In this document: positions 44,864-54,737 of the stretch, in pieces
Position numbering within the stretch: position 1 is the first letter of the stretch
How the letters are laid out: each line of letters begins with the position of its first letter
From: a virus
IMG/VR virus record: IMGVR_UViG_3300043419_000787
Coordinates: 1-64,000 of that record
Direction: 5' to 3' (one strand)
Length of the DNA stretch: 64,000 nucleotides
The notes under the pieces: generated by a model
The model's database searches: none
What the model was told of the DNA's origin: nothing
The model's input: the letters and a program-made list of their open reading frames with translations, nothing else
Program-made: the position numbers and the translations under genes

Positions 44864-46465
44864 TTACATTCCTCCACCCATCATCGCCATTGGATCTACT
44901 TCTGGTTCTTCTGCTTTTTTAGCTTCAGCTCTTGCTTTATAAGCTTTATTAGCATCTTTGTCGTCTGGAGACATTTTTAAATATCTGTCAACCAAGAACT
45001 CAAGATCGAAGTAGTGGTCTTCTTCCATTGTTACTGGATTTGTAATCATTAAGTTCTGATTCATATTAGAGATAAAATCAAGACGTTTCTCCATTATCTC
45101 CATTTCCTTCAGTTCAGCGAACATGTTTTCTTCATTATATCTTAATGAAATTTGTGTTTTGAAAGCAGGATCATCTGAGAACTCAGGGTACTTAAGACAC
45201 ATTTGAATATAAAGTGGCTTAACAAGAATCTCTTGCCATGAACTTCTTAAACGATTAATAAATTTAGCAAATTTAATCTCGTCGCGAATCATACCATCAG
45301 CAGCGAGATTGAAATCTCCACCACCGTCTTCATACATAAATCTATTGTAAGGGATTTTAGAAACTGCTTTTAATTTATCAGTGAAGTATTTTAATGCTTC
45401 AGTATCTGATAATTCTGGACCATCTCCACCAAGAGTTTCAATTTCTGGTTGTTCTCCATCTTTAGATGGTAACCAATATTCTTTATTAAATTGTAGCATT
45501 GGTTTACCATTAGTTTTCAGCATACCTGAATCCCAATCGAAATCTACAACTTCTTTATAGTTATTCATTAATTGTGCTAACGATTGTTTAGCACGTGTTT
45601 TAGATTTACCTCCAACTGGTATAATGAATTTCATTCTATAAGAAGCATTGGTAACAGCCCAAATAACGCGTGTGTGTTCCATAACTCTCATTAAGTTAAA
45701 CGATCTAATTAAACGTTCAACATAAGAAATTCTTGATGCAGTTGTGATAGAAGAGTAAGAAATATAAATGATTTGAGAATCATATAACTTTCTCTCTTTA
45801 ATTGGATCATCTTTAAACTGGATCCAAACTTTTTTACCGTCTTCTTTATTATAACCAGGTACTAGAGTAACTGGATCAATTTCTTTAAAACCGATGATTT
45901 CCGTCATTTCTGGATTGTAGATAATCTCAAATGATAGATAACCATCAACTAACCATTTACGGAAATAGAACCAAGCTGATTGATCGGCTGCAAAACCAAA
46001 ATATTGATAGATGTTTCTATATGCTTTATTAAGATAACTATTAACCTCTTCAGAAACTTCCATACCGATAATATCGGGATTGGCGATAAAATTCTTCTCA
46101 TCGTATACAATAGCTTCATCACAAAGAATATCAAGAATGTCTTCAATCTCGTCATGCATTGAGAAGCCTCTTAACTCTTCTCTCTTTGTTTTATAATTCA
46201 TGTCGAAGAACGGAATGTTCTTACGCATGTTTGTATCAGCCATTGATAGAGCAGCAAATGCTCCATAAATATCATCATTGTCTGAACCCATCATGTTCAT
46301 TTGGCCGTAACCAAACTGATCTTCCATAGGTCCAATCGCTTGAGATTGTCTAAGTACTAAATCATCGTAGTACATACCAAACGACGATAACCTTTTCAAT
46401 CCATCACTTAGATTGAAAGGTCTCTTGGAACTAAAAGGTCCGTTTTTATTTACAAATCCCGCCAT
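44864..46465 (-). CDS. Portal protein (T4 gp20-like)
   Basis: 533 aa. DILCDEAIVYDE and C-terminal FAELKEMEIMEKRLDF resemble gp20 regions (SDAIVYEDD, YFAELKEAEILERR). Confidence 0.75.
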   Translation of the reverse strand: MAGFVNKNGPFSSKRPFNLSDGLKRLSSFGMYYDDLVLRQSQAIGPMEDQFGYGQMNMMGSDNDDIYGAFAALSMADTNMRKNIPFFDMNYKTKREELRGFSMHDEIEDILDILCDEAIVYDEKNFIANPDIIGMEVSEEVNSYLNKAYRNIYQYFGFAADQSAWFYFRKWLVDGYLSFEIIYNPEMTEIIGFKEIDPVTLVPGYNKEDGKKVWIQFKDDPIKERKLYDSQIIYISYSSITTASRISYVERLIRSFNLMRVMEHTRVIWAVTNASYRMKFIIPVGGKSKTRAKQSLAQLMNNYKEVVDFDWDSGMLKTNGKPMLQFNKEYWLPSKDGEQPEIETLGGDGPELSDTEALKYFTDKLKAVSKIPYNRFMYEDGGGDFNLAADGMIRDEIKFAKFINRLRSSWQEILVKPLYIQMCLKYPEFSDDPAFKTQISLRYNEENMFAELKEMEIMEKRLDFISNMNQNLMITNPVTMEEDHYFDLEFLVDRYLKMSPDDKDANKAYKARAEAKKAEEPEVDPMAMMGGGM

Positions 46466-46487
46466 GTAGCTTTAGTTTTTTATTGTT

Positions 46488-47168
46488 TTATATATTAAGA
46501 TTTTTATTGTCATTCTTTCCAGTGTTATCCTTAGGTGGCTTTATCACTTTCGGCTTATTGTTTTTATCAATATTATATTGTTTAAACTCATTCCGGATTT
46601 GAGTAACTGTGGCATTATGTATTTTTGCAAATTCACATATTGCTATTTTCGGCCAACTTTCATAACTTACAACTGCCTGATTTTTCTTTAAATTAGGTAA
46701 ATATCTTCTAATTGCAAATCCAAATCCATAACGATCTAAAAACATTTTAGCATTTTCATATTTAAGATCGAGTAAAGGACTTTGTTTCCTAGCATCATTT
46801 GCTCTAGCACCTTTTTCATTTGCTTTAATCTTACCTTGTAGTCTAGTATAAATAGCATCTAACATTTCCTGTCTAAATTTTGCGGGAAGTAGATTTAAAT
46901 TGATACCAATATCAGTATGGTCATGTGTGTCTAGCGCTAAGACAACAGGTGCTTTATCAAACCATTTCATTCTCTCTTCGGTAATTGGATGTTCATATTT
47001 AAAAACATAAATTTTACCGGGTTCAAATCTTTTTCTGGTAGGTTTGGCTTCCATTGCTTCTCTAGCATCTAATGAAGTTTTAAACCAATTAGTTGCCACA
47101 CTCTTAGCTTTGGCATATCCGCCATTGTCTTTGAACATTTCTTTTATTTGGTCTTTAATGTAACCCAT
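46488..47168 (-). CDS. Hypothetical protein
   Basis: 226 aa basic protein. Confidence 0.4.
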   Translation of the reverse strand: MGYIKDQIKEMFKDNGGYAKAKSVATNWFKTSLDAREAMEAKPTRKRFEPGKIYVFKYEHPITEERMKWFDKAPVVLALDTHDHTDIGINLNLLPAKFRQEMLDAIYTRLQGKIKANEKGARANDARKQSPLLDLKYENAKMFLDRYGFGFAIRRYLPNLKKNQAVVSYESWPKIAICEFAKIHNATVTQIRNEFKQYNIDKNNKPKVIKPPKDNTGKNDNKNLNI

Positions 47169-47640
47169 TAATTGTCTTTTCTGTTAAGATTTGAAAATTC
47201 CAATTTCGATTGGAACAGTATGATTTGGCTGCTATATATTTATCCAAATTTTTAGTGTACTGCTCGACCATGTACTTATAACTATTAAGTGACTTAGCCG
47301 AATTTTTCTTTGGGGGAAGTGGTTTTTTAAGCTGGTCTTCTGGCTTAATTTCTATAAGAATGTCTTTGGTTTTACCATCATCTTGTAAAACTCTAATAAA
47401 AAAGTCTGGATTGTATTTATGTTCTCTACCATCCAGTCTCCAAAAATATTTAATTTCAACAGGTTCGCTTGACCAATAAATAACCTTTTCATTTCGATCG
47501 CACCAAATCATGAATTTCCGCTCCCAAGAGGAACGGAAAATTACTGGTGATTGTCCAACATATTTACTTTGATTTTCGGGCTGATAATATCCTTGAACAA
47601 ATCCTGAATTCTTACTTGGTTTGACTTTCTTTATTGACAT
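47155..47640 (-). CDS. Hypothetical protein, possible PD-(D/E)XK nuclease fold
   Basis: NPDFFIRVLQDDGKTKDILIEIKPE has a PD...ExK pattern. Confidence 0.3.
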   Translation of the reverse strand: MSIKKVKPSKNSGFVQGYYQPENQSKYVGQSPVIFRSSWERKFMIWCDRNEKVIYWSSEPVEIKYFWRLDGREHKYNPDFFIRVLQDDGKTKDILIEIKPEDQLKKPLPPKKNSAKSLNSYKYMVEQYTKNLDKYIAAKSYCSNRNWNFQILTEKTINGLH

Positions 47641-48038
47641 TAGATACTATATATTCCTCCGCCACCTTCTCCGTCGCTATCACCATTACTGGTTCGGTCT
47701 AATGAGATGGTACCTTTGTACTTTAAAGGATGTAGTTTATTCCATCCTTTTGCATATCCTCTTTTAGCAATTTCTGTAAAATATGCAAATGCATTTGTGT
47801 ATTGGGGATTAAAGTTTCTCCAATATTTTAATAAATCTAGTATGGCAAATTGTAGACAATCCTGTCTATCATCATCGTTAACAAATCTTAATTTATTTAA
47901 AGCTTTTTCTGCTAATAGAATTAACATTTTTTCTGCATCTCTAGTTAATTTGTCTTGTTCTTTTGATTCAACTATTGCTGCATAAAAGTCTCTATTATTT
48001 AGATAGTTTTTATTTGCTCTTGGTTTTCTTTCAGCCAC
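47640..48038 (-). CDS. Late-transcription sigma factor (T4 gp55-like)
   Basis: 132 aa. KPRANKNYLNNRDFYAAIVESKE parallels the gp55 N-terminus ([20 protein letters not shown]). Central helix region alignable. Apparent GTG start. Confidence 0.65.
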   Translation of the reverse strand: MAERKPRANKNYLNNRDFYAAIVESKEQDKLTRDAEKMLILLAEKALNKLRFVNDDDRQDCLQFAILDLLKYWRNFNPQYTNAFAYFTEIAKRGYAKGWNKLHPLKYKGTISLDRTSNGDSDGEGGGGIYSI

Positions 48039-48094
48039 GATATTTCGTTATTTTTAGGTATTATATAGCCGATAATAGATTTGTTTATTAACTC

Positions 48095-48124
48095 AAAAAA
48101 GGGGACGCTTTGCGACCCCTTTTA
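48095..48124 (-). terminator. Intrinsic terminator
   Basis: AAAAAAGGGGACGC-TTT-GCGACCCCTTTT, one A-A mismatch in the stem. Confidence 0.55.
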
Positions 48125-48146
48125 GAATGTGTTATGTATAAAAATC

Positions 48147-48911
48147 TTAAGCGTTTAACTCAGCAATTTTAGCTTCCCAACCTTTAATCTCTTCATTGAT
48201 TAATTTATCAGCAGCTTTAATCTCTGGATTCTTTTTATCAGCATTTGCCAATAATTCTCTTTGCTCTTTTAAGAATACGATTGTAGATTCGTAAGCCATA
48301 ATAGTTTTTGCTTTTTCTGCAATTTCTACAGCTTCAACCTCTAAGAATTCTACTAAGAAAGCTGATGCATCTTGGCCAGTTTGTTCTTTAACATACTCTA
48401 ATGCAGAAGTTGCATTTTCAGCTTTAAAGAATTTAGCAATTCTATTTTCAGAATTAAATCTTGAAACGTAGATATTGTTTTCAACTTTCATTAAATCTAC
48501 TGTATTGTCTTTTTCTTCAAAACAAGATACGAAATCTAATTGAATAAAAGAATCTAGCATTGATGGTAAACTTTCAAATAATTCAGCAGTAATTTTGTGC
48601 TCATATTTAACAGCTCCGGCTGCAACAACATGATTAACAAATGATTCAGCTAAAATTTCTGAGTTACCCCAAGTAAATTTACCTTCGGCAATATTGTAGT
48701 TAAATCTTGCGGCACCGTAATACCATTTAACGTTCTCATTAGTGAATGTGAACGATTGAATAGCTCTGATTTTGTTGCCAAATTCAGGCGTAATTTGGTT
48801 ATGTTCTAATTCTTTTATTTCAGAACCAACCATCTCAAATACGCGTCCATTCAAATAGAATTGAACTCCGTTTTCGGTTTGATTAATTGGAGACAGAATG
48901 TTTTTAGTCAT
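48147..48911 (-). CDS. Hypothetical protein
   Basis: 254 aa; late-type motif upstream. Confidence 0.4.
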   Translation of the reverse strand: MTKNILSPINQTENGVQFYLNGRVFEMVGSEIKELEHNQITPEFGNKIRAIQSFTFTNENVKWYYGAARFNYNIAEGKFTWGNSEILAESFVNHVVAAGAVKYEHKITAELFESLPSMLDSFIQLDFVSCFEEKDNTVDLMKVENNIYVSRFNSENRIAKFFKAENATSALEYVKEQTGQDASAFLVEFLEVEAVEIAEKAKTIMAYESTIVFLKEQRELLANADKKNPEIKAADKLINEEIKGWEAKIAELNA

Positions 48912-48950
48912 TTTTTACTCTGGTTTTTTTCTTTTATTATATATCTAGTT

Positions 48951-49850
48951 CTATATATCGTTCTGATCGATAATATTAACGTCATCTTGCATAAAGCCTC
49001 TTTTAAATTCGGCTTGATTTTGTTCAGTAACAGTTGATCTGATTTCAAACATTCGGTTACCAATATGCATCTCAGTATTTCCTTGAGATTTCTTTCTCTT
49101 ACCTGTAACACCATTCGGTCTATTTATAGAACCATCTGAGTCAAGTCCTAAAACATCTGTTAAATCATATCCATCTCCTAAATCAAAGGCTGGTAAGAAC
49201 GAGTTCACTTCTAAAGTTAATGCAATTTTATATTTACCTTTACTTTCAAAAGTATATTCTATTGGTCTTTCTGGGCTATAATCATCTGGCATAGCATAGT
49301 ACGCTGCTATTTTATAAGTACCCTCATTAAGATGCCCAACTTCAGTGTAATAGTAATTAGACTTGTACATCTTTTTGATTAACATCTCTGTAATCTTTAA
49401 TGCATCTAGCTGAGAAGATACTAAAATTTCAACTGCAAAAGACATTGTAATCGGAATCATTTCAAATTCTGCAGTATATCCTTGCATTGAACCATTCTCA
49501 TCTAAACGAGTATATGCTCCTCTATTTCGACGATTAACTAATTTAGCCGAATCGATTTGAATTGATTCTAAATTAGCAACTCCTCTAGGAATTATTTCAT
49601 AATTACCATCTGCATAAGCTTTATTTGGTACGCAATCCGGACCAACTGCTGTAGTAAATAGGAAATTGTCCCTTAGGAAATCATCATCTCCTGTTACCGA
49701 GTAATAAAAAGGAACATCAATTACTGCTCTTTTATTCTCTTCTAATTGACGATAAAAATAAACTTTGTTATTTAAATCAGCTAAGAATCCGATAATAAGA
49801 TGTCGGATAACTGAATCGTCTGAATTGTATTTTACGTTATATGATGCCAT
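48951..49850 (-). CDS. Hypothetical protein (structural?)
   Basis: 299 aa; late-type motif upstream. Confidence 0.4.
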   Translation of the reverse strand: MASYNVKYNSDDSVIRHLIIGFLADLNNKVYFYRQLEENKRAVIDVPFYYSVTGDDDFLRDNFLFTTAVGPDCVPNKAYADGNYEIIPRGVANLESIQIDSAKLVNRRNRGAYTRLDENGSMQGYTAEFEMIPITMSFAVEILVSSQLDALKITEMLIKKMYKSNYYYTEVGHLNEGTYKIAAYYAMPDDYSPERPIEYTFESKGKYKIALTLEVNSFLPAFDLGDGYDLTDVLGLDSDGSINRPNGVTGKRKKSQGNTEMHIGNRMFEIRSTVTEQNQAEFKRGFMQDDVNIIDQNDI

Positions 49851-49860
49851 ACTCTATATA

Positions 49861-51534
49861 TTATTCGATGGACTCAATATCAAATCTTGAGAACCCGTTT
49901 TCTTTATATATGTGTATTTTTTTATCAAACATTTCGTGAGGTAGGACAGTGTGATTAATCACAAAAGTATTAATCTTACTCTCTTTAATAACCTGGCTTA
50001 AGATTTTTAAGATATTGTATATACCATCTTGGTCAACAGAACTTAATAACTCATCTAAAAATAACAAGTTTAATTGAGGGAATCTTAATTTAAGAATCTT
50101 GATAATTGCAATAATTACGATAAAATCTGCCTTCTTTCTCTCTCCAGTCGAAAGAGTCATTGGATTAATATTCTCTCCTAAGTGATTAATAATACAATCA
50201 AACTTCTCATCAAAACGAATATGGAATGGTAAGTGCATAGTTGCTGCCATGGCAGCAATATTTGCATTTAAACCTGGTAGAATTGTTTTGATTGCCAAGT
50301 TTTTAACACCATCTTCTCCTAATACCGATTCGATTGCTTCTAAGAAATTGTAATCAGAATTTAATGCTGCTTTTTGATTATCTTTTTCTGCTTCTTTATT
50401 TTCAAAATCTTGAATGATTTGTTTTAAATGGTCGAATTCTTTATTATCACTAAGGCTACTTTTAATTTTAAGTAACTCTGATTTAAGAGATTCAATTGAA
50501 ACATTCATACCAGAAACTCGATCTAAAACTTGACGTTCTTTGGCTCTTAAACCTGTAATCTCTTCACCAATATCTCTAACCTCATCTTCATGAATCTTCA
50601 TTTGATCTGGAATACCAGTACATTTATGTTCAATTTCATTCTTTCTTTCAATATGAAATTCAGTTGATAGAGGAGCTTCACATGTTGGACATGCATTCTT
50701 TTCGTACAACTTTAATTTTCTTTGAAGTTCTTCATATTCATATTTTAATTTTGAGTATGAAGATTTTGATGTATCTAGATCAGTTACTTTAGTACCAATA
50801 GATTTCTTAATTTTACCAATAGCCTCTTCAAGTTTCTTTTTATCATCATTCATACTAATTAATGATGCTTTCAACTCTTCGATTTTATCTTTACTTTTTT
50901 GGTCAGATTCCTCTAAAAGTTGATTTAATTTAATTTGAACTGAGATAACATTCTCGCTGATTTGTTTTAGCTCTCTTTCAAAAGCATCTAAATCGCTCTT
51001 GATATTCTTTCTCTCTTCTTTAATGGCTTTTTGCATATCATTTAAGATAGAGAATCCAAACATCTTATCGATGATCTGTTTCTTATCACCTGGTGTCATT
51101 GTTAAAAATGATTTAAAATCATTCACAGACAATATTATAATGTTCTTAAACACATGGTAGGGTATGCCGTATACTTCCTCTTCTAAGTAATCTTGTACCG
51201 ATCTTTTACCGGCTTTATCATACTCAACTCCATTAAGAGAAACAGTAAATATTGCAGGTGCTAGACCGCGTTCGATAATTACTTCGATATTTTTACATTG
51301 AATAACAATTCGAACCCATAGATTCTTATTAATTCTATTTGGTAAGTCAGCTAATTTAATACCTTCTAATTTACCATACAATGCGTATATAATGGCATTA
51401 GCGACAGTAGTTTTACCGTCGCCATTTTTACCAGTTGTTAAGTATAATTCAGAAGAATCTTCGGGTAAGGTTAGTTTTTGTACTTTATTACCGTAACTTG
51501 CGAAGTTCTTGAATTCAATTGATTTTATTTTCAT
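49861..51534 (-). CDS. Recombination/repair ATPase (T4 gp46, Rad50/SbcC-like)
   Basis: N-terminal FKNFASYGNK...GKNGDGKTT Walker A, long coiled coil, C-terminal LSTGERK signature and LLFLDE Walker B. Confidence 0.85.
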   Translation of the reverse strand: MKIKSIEFKNFASYGNKVQKLTLPEDSSELYLTTGKNGDGKTTVANAIIYALYGKLEGIKLADLPNRINKNLWVRIVIQCKNIEVIIERGLAPAIFTVSLNGVEYDKAGKRSVQDYLEEEVYGIPYHVFKNIIILSVNDFKSFLTMTPGDKKQIIDKMFGFSILNDMQKAIKEERKNIKSDLDAFERELKQISENVISVQIKLNQLLEESDQKSKDKIEELKASLISMNDDKKKLEEAIGKIKKSIGTKVTDLDTSKSSYSKLKYEYEELQRKLKLYEKNACPTCEAPLSTEFHIERKNEIEHKCTGIPDQMKIHEDEVRDIGEEITGLRAKERQVLDRVSGMNVSIESLKSELLKIKSSLSDNKEFDHLKQIIQDFENKEAEKDNQKAALNSDYNFLEAIESVLGEDGVKNLAIKTILPGLNANIAAMAATMHLPFHIRFDEKFDCIINHLGENINPMTLSTGERKKADFIVIIAIIKILKLRFPQLNLLFLDELLSSVDQDGIYNILKILSQVIKESKINTFVINHTVLPHEMFDKKIHIYKENGFSRFDIESIE

Positions 51535-52646
51535 TGTTCGATATCGTAGTTATATGCACATTGGTCATGTAATTGTTTTAGTCTACTTTTAATCTGTTGT
51601 TTCATTTCGTCGTCATGACTTAATCCATCAACATATAAATTACATAAGTGCAGAATATTATAATTTTTGTACAAGTCCTCAATTTCATCTAGATCGTAGA
51701 AATCTTTATCTAAGAAGTTTTCTTCGTCATAAATATTCGGTTCAATCTTTCGACTAATTTTTTGGATCTTATTAATCAATTTAGAAAGAGCATTTGAGGA
51801 TGCAATTTTAGCTGGAACATAAAGATCCACAAAATTGTTTTCGATTTCTTTCTTAAAGTCTCCTAATGGAGTATTATAAAGATTTGCTAAATTGTATTTA
51901 ACAAACTTTGGTGAGGTTTGATTTTCAAAGAATGTTTCGTTCATTGTTGCTAAATCAACCAAGTCAAATCCTTTAGGATTATTTGAATCTGATCGAGTTA
52001 ACTGGTATGGAGTACCTACCATTCTTAATTTACCCTTCTTTTGTCGGTAATGAATATGACCAGAATAGACTGCAGTATAACCGTTATAGGTTTCAATTGA
52101 ATTACCATGTTGATTATTAACCTTAGCGTTTAGTTTAATTCCTGTAACTTCAGAGTGACAGAACACTATGTCTATTTTAGAATACTTAGCTAGAGTTTCA
52201 GCTTCATGATTTGCATCTCTTCTCCATGGCATCAATAGAATATTCTTTCCACCCCAATTAAATGTTTTACATTTCTTATAAATACCAACATTTGGGATCC
52301 ATTTAAGAGTATCAATTGAAGTAACATCATTTGACTTCTTAGCCCAAATATCATGATTTCCGCAGATAACATGAGTTGGCATAATTTTACCAAGACGCTC
52401 AAATAAATCTACAGCATAGTGTAATACTTTTAAATTGATGCTTTGTCTATTGTCAAACACATCACCAACTTGTACTAGAACATCTCCTTCTTGATAATTT
52501 GCTTTCAATGTTGGAACAAAAACTTTATCGTAATATTCTTGTTGTATTTCTAGCCATTCTACAGAATTTGCTCTGACTCCTAAGTGCATATCACCAAGAA
52601 TCCAAATTCTTTTAACGGGTTGTTTTAGTGTTTTTTCGTCGATCAT
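51531..52646 (-). CDS. Recombination nuclease (T4 gp47, Mre11/SbcD-like)
   Basis: Phosphoesterase motifs ILGDMHLG, GDVFD, GNHD, GHIH. Confidence 0.85.
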   Translation of the reverse strand: MIDEKTLKQPVKRIWILGDMHLGVRANSVEWLEIQQEYYDKVFVPTLKANYQEGDVLVQVGDVFDNRQSINLKVLHYAVDLFERLGKIMPTHVICGNHDIWAKKSNDVTSIDTLKWIPNVGIYKKCKTFNWGGKNILLMPWRRDANHEAETLAKYSKIDIVFCHSEVTGIKLNAKVNNQHGNSIETYNGYTAVYSGHIHYRQKKGKLRMVGTPYQLTRSDSNNPKGFDLVDLATMNETFFENQTSPKFVKYNLANLYNTPLGDFKKEIENNFVDLYVPAKIASSNALSKLINKIQKISRKIEPNIYDEENFLDKDFYDLDEIEDLYKNYNILHLCNLYVDGLSHDDEMKQQIKSRLKQLHDQCAYNYDIEQ

Positions 52647-53089
52647 TAGAACAAACGGTTTATCTTTTTTCTTTTTAAAATATTAGTTCGTATATCAAGT
52701 TCTTGGATTAGGTCTTCTTTGAATTTATTTCCAAGTGATGAATAGAACTTAGTAGGATGGACATTAAAGTATTCGCAAGTTTCGCTAAACAATTCAATTA
52801 ATGAATACTTTCTAACTAGTTCACCAACTATAAATTCATAGACTTCGTTAATATCAATCTTTTTTAGTTTCTTAGTATCATGCATATCATCTAAGTCGTT
52901 GAAATGCTTGAATCTTGAACCTAAAATAGCAGAATGAATATCTCTACGTATCATTTCCAACTCTATCTTCTCATCTTCCGATCTGTCATCAGAATACTGT
53001 TTTGAAACTTCGAATGAAATCGAACCATTGAGTTCGAACTCAGAACTTTCAAAAGTATTATTGAATATTTTATCTACTTTTTGCGTCAT
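52646..53089 (-). CDS. Hypothetical protein
   Basis: 147 aa ORF. Confidence 0.4.
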   Translation of the reverse strand: MTQKVDKIFNNTFESSEFELNGSISFEVSKQYSDDRSEDEKIELEMIRRDIHSAILGSRFKHFNDLDDMHDTKKLKKIDINEVYEFIVGELVRKYSLIELFSETCEYFNVHPTKFYSSLGNKFKEDLIQELDIRTNILKRKKINRLF

Positions 53090-54393
53090 ATTGAGTGTAT
53101 GTTTGAGTTTGTTGTTTCATCGGTTTCAGTTAAACGCATATAAGTATAATTGATGTTTAATTTACACTTCATACCTTTTCCTTCTCCATCGCGAATTTTT
53201 AATACTTTAAGCCAGTATTCGTAACTTGCTCTCATTAAATCATCTTGAATAATACCTAACATAACATCGGCGGTATGAGAAAGACCAGCAGATTCTGATA
53301 CATCTCCCATTCCAATGTCAGTAGAATTATAACCGCTTCTTGTAATCTGTGTTGCTGTAACAATCAACCAATTATTTCTAACTCCCATTGCTCTTAAATC
53401 TTCAGCAATTTGCTTAATCTTTAAGTAAGTATTTTCAGAGTTTGGATTTCTATAATTAGATAAAATGTTAATGTAGTCAATTACAACAGCACCTAATTTA
53501 ATTTTACGTTCTTCTTCGATTTGTTTTAAATAAGCTTCGATATCTGGAACGGTTGCTTGTGATGTAGGAAACTGCTTAACAAATAATTGTCCGGGAGGGG
53601 TTAATCCGTCACCAACTCCTTCTAATCTTCTACGAATATAATCAGTTGCTTTTGATTTTTCATCATATTCAGCCATTGGAATTGTTAATAAATTCGAACC
53701 AATTCTTCGCATGAATTTATAAGCTGCCATCTCCGCAGTAATTACTGCTGTATTTGTACCCATTTTAACAAAATGAGCGGCGTCATTTGCTAAGAAAATA
53801 GATTTACCAATGTTCTGTTCTCCGACATAAACTGTTAAAGTACCAGATTTATCATAACCACCACCAAGAATTCTATCTAAGAAAACATAAGGTGTTGGGA
53901 ACTTAGAAGACTCATTATATTGGTGATGTTCTGGATTAAAGAAATCTAATCCAATATCAGAATTAAATACTAATGAGTTTCTATCATTGATTAATGTTTT
54001 AACTTTAGAAATGATTTGATCTGCATTTTCTGGAGTAACATTTGTAGATTTAATGTATTCAATCGTATCAACTAGGGTTGTATCGAAGTTTCTCCATTTA
54101 ATCCATGCTTCTGCCGTAGATGTTAACCACTCTTCGTCATATTGTTTTAAATCAGAATCATAAATCATATCGACCATATCTGGATCGATTTTCTTTGTAA
54201 TCTTCTGAGTTAATAATTTCATTTGCTCAGCACTTGGAGCTTCATGAAATCTTCCATAAAATTTAGTTGCAAGATAATGTAAGCTATCTATATCTTCCGA
54301 AGTATAGAATCCTTTTTTAATTGCTTCTAGATACTTTGGCTTCGATAACGATAGCTTAAAGAATATTTTTTCAAAATCTTGTCCGAAATTCAT
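53086..54393 (-). CDS. Replicative DNA helicase (T4 gp41, DnaB family)
   Basis: RecA-like core: Walker A GEQNIGKS, and DnaB-type motifs further C-terminal. Confidence 0.8.
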   Translation of the reverse strand: MNFGQDFEKIFFKLSLSKPKYLEAIKKGFYTSEDIDSLHYLATKFYGRFHEAPSAEQMKLLTQKITKKIDPDMVDMIYDSDLKQYDEEWLTSTAEAWIKWRNFDTTLVDTIEYIKSTNVTPENADQIISKVKTLINDRNSLVFNSDIGLDFFNPEHHQYNESSKFPTPYVFLDRILGGGYDKSGTLTVYVGEQNIGKSIFLANDAAHFVKMGTNTAVITAEMAAYKFMRRIGSNLLTIPMAEYDEKSKATDYIRRRLEGVGDGLTPPGQLFVKQFPTSQATVPDIEAYLKQIEEERKIKLGAVVIDYINILSNYRNPNSENTYLKIKQIAEDLRAMGVRNNWLIVTATQITRSGYNSTDIGMGDVSESAGLSHTADVMLGIIQDDLMRASYEYWLKVLKIRDGEGKGMKCKLNINYTYMRLTETDETTNSNIHSI

Positions 54394-54737
54394 ATGAATG
54401 GGTTTATAAGTATTGTATAAGACTCTTTGCCTTCTGTTTCACAAGTACAATCAATAAGTCCTAACTCGATTGCATGTTTCAATCCTCGTTCAGATTGTTC
54501 TTCTCTACCTTTTGCATGATAATTTATCAATGCTGCCTTGGTAAAAGATGAACCGTGGCGATCAGGATTTCTGATCGCTCGGTTTATAAAGGCGTAGACA
54601 ATGTCAAAGGCATCTGGGAAATCTGGAAATTCTTGTTCAATTCCTAAGATATATTTGATTGGCAACTTGTCTTCCTCTATTTTGTAGACATTTGGTTGCT
54701 GCATATTAATCTTCGTCTGAGTCGATAACATCATCAA
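54390..54737 (-). CDS. Hypothetical protein
   Basis: 115 aa between uvsX and the helicase, in the position of T4 gene 40. Confidence 0.35.
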   Translation of the reverse strand: MMMLSTQTKINMQQPNVYKIEEDKLPIKYILGIEQEFPDFPDAFDIVYAFINRAIRNPDRHGSSFTKAALINYHAKGREEQSERGLKHAIELGLIDCTCETEGKESYTILINPFI

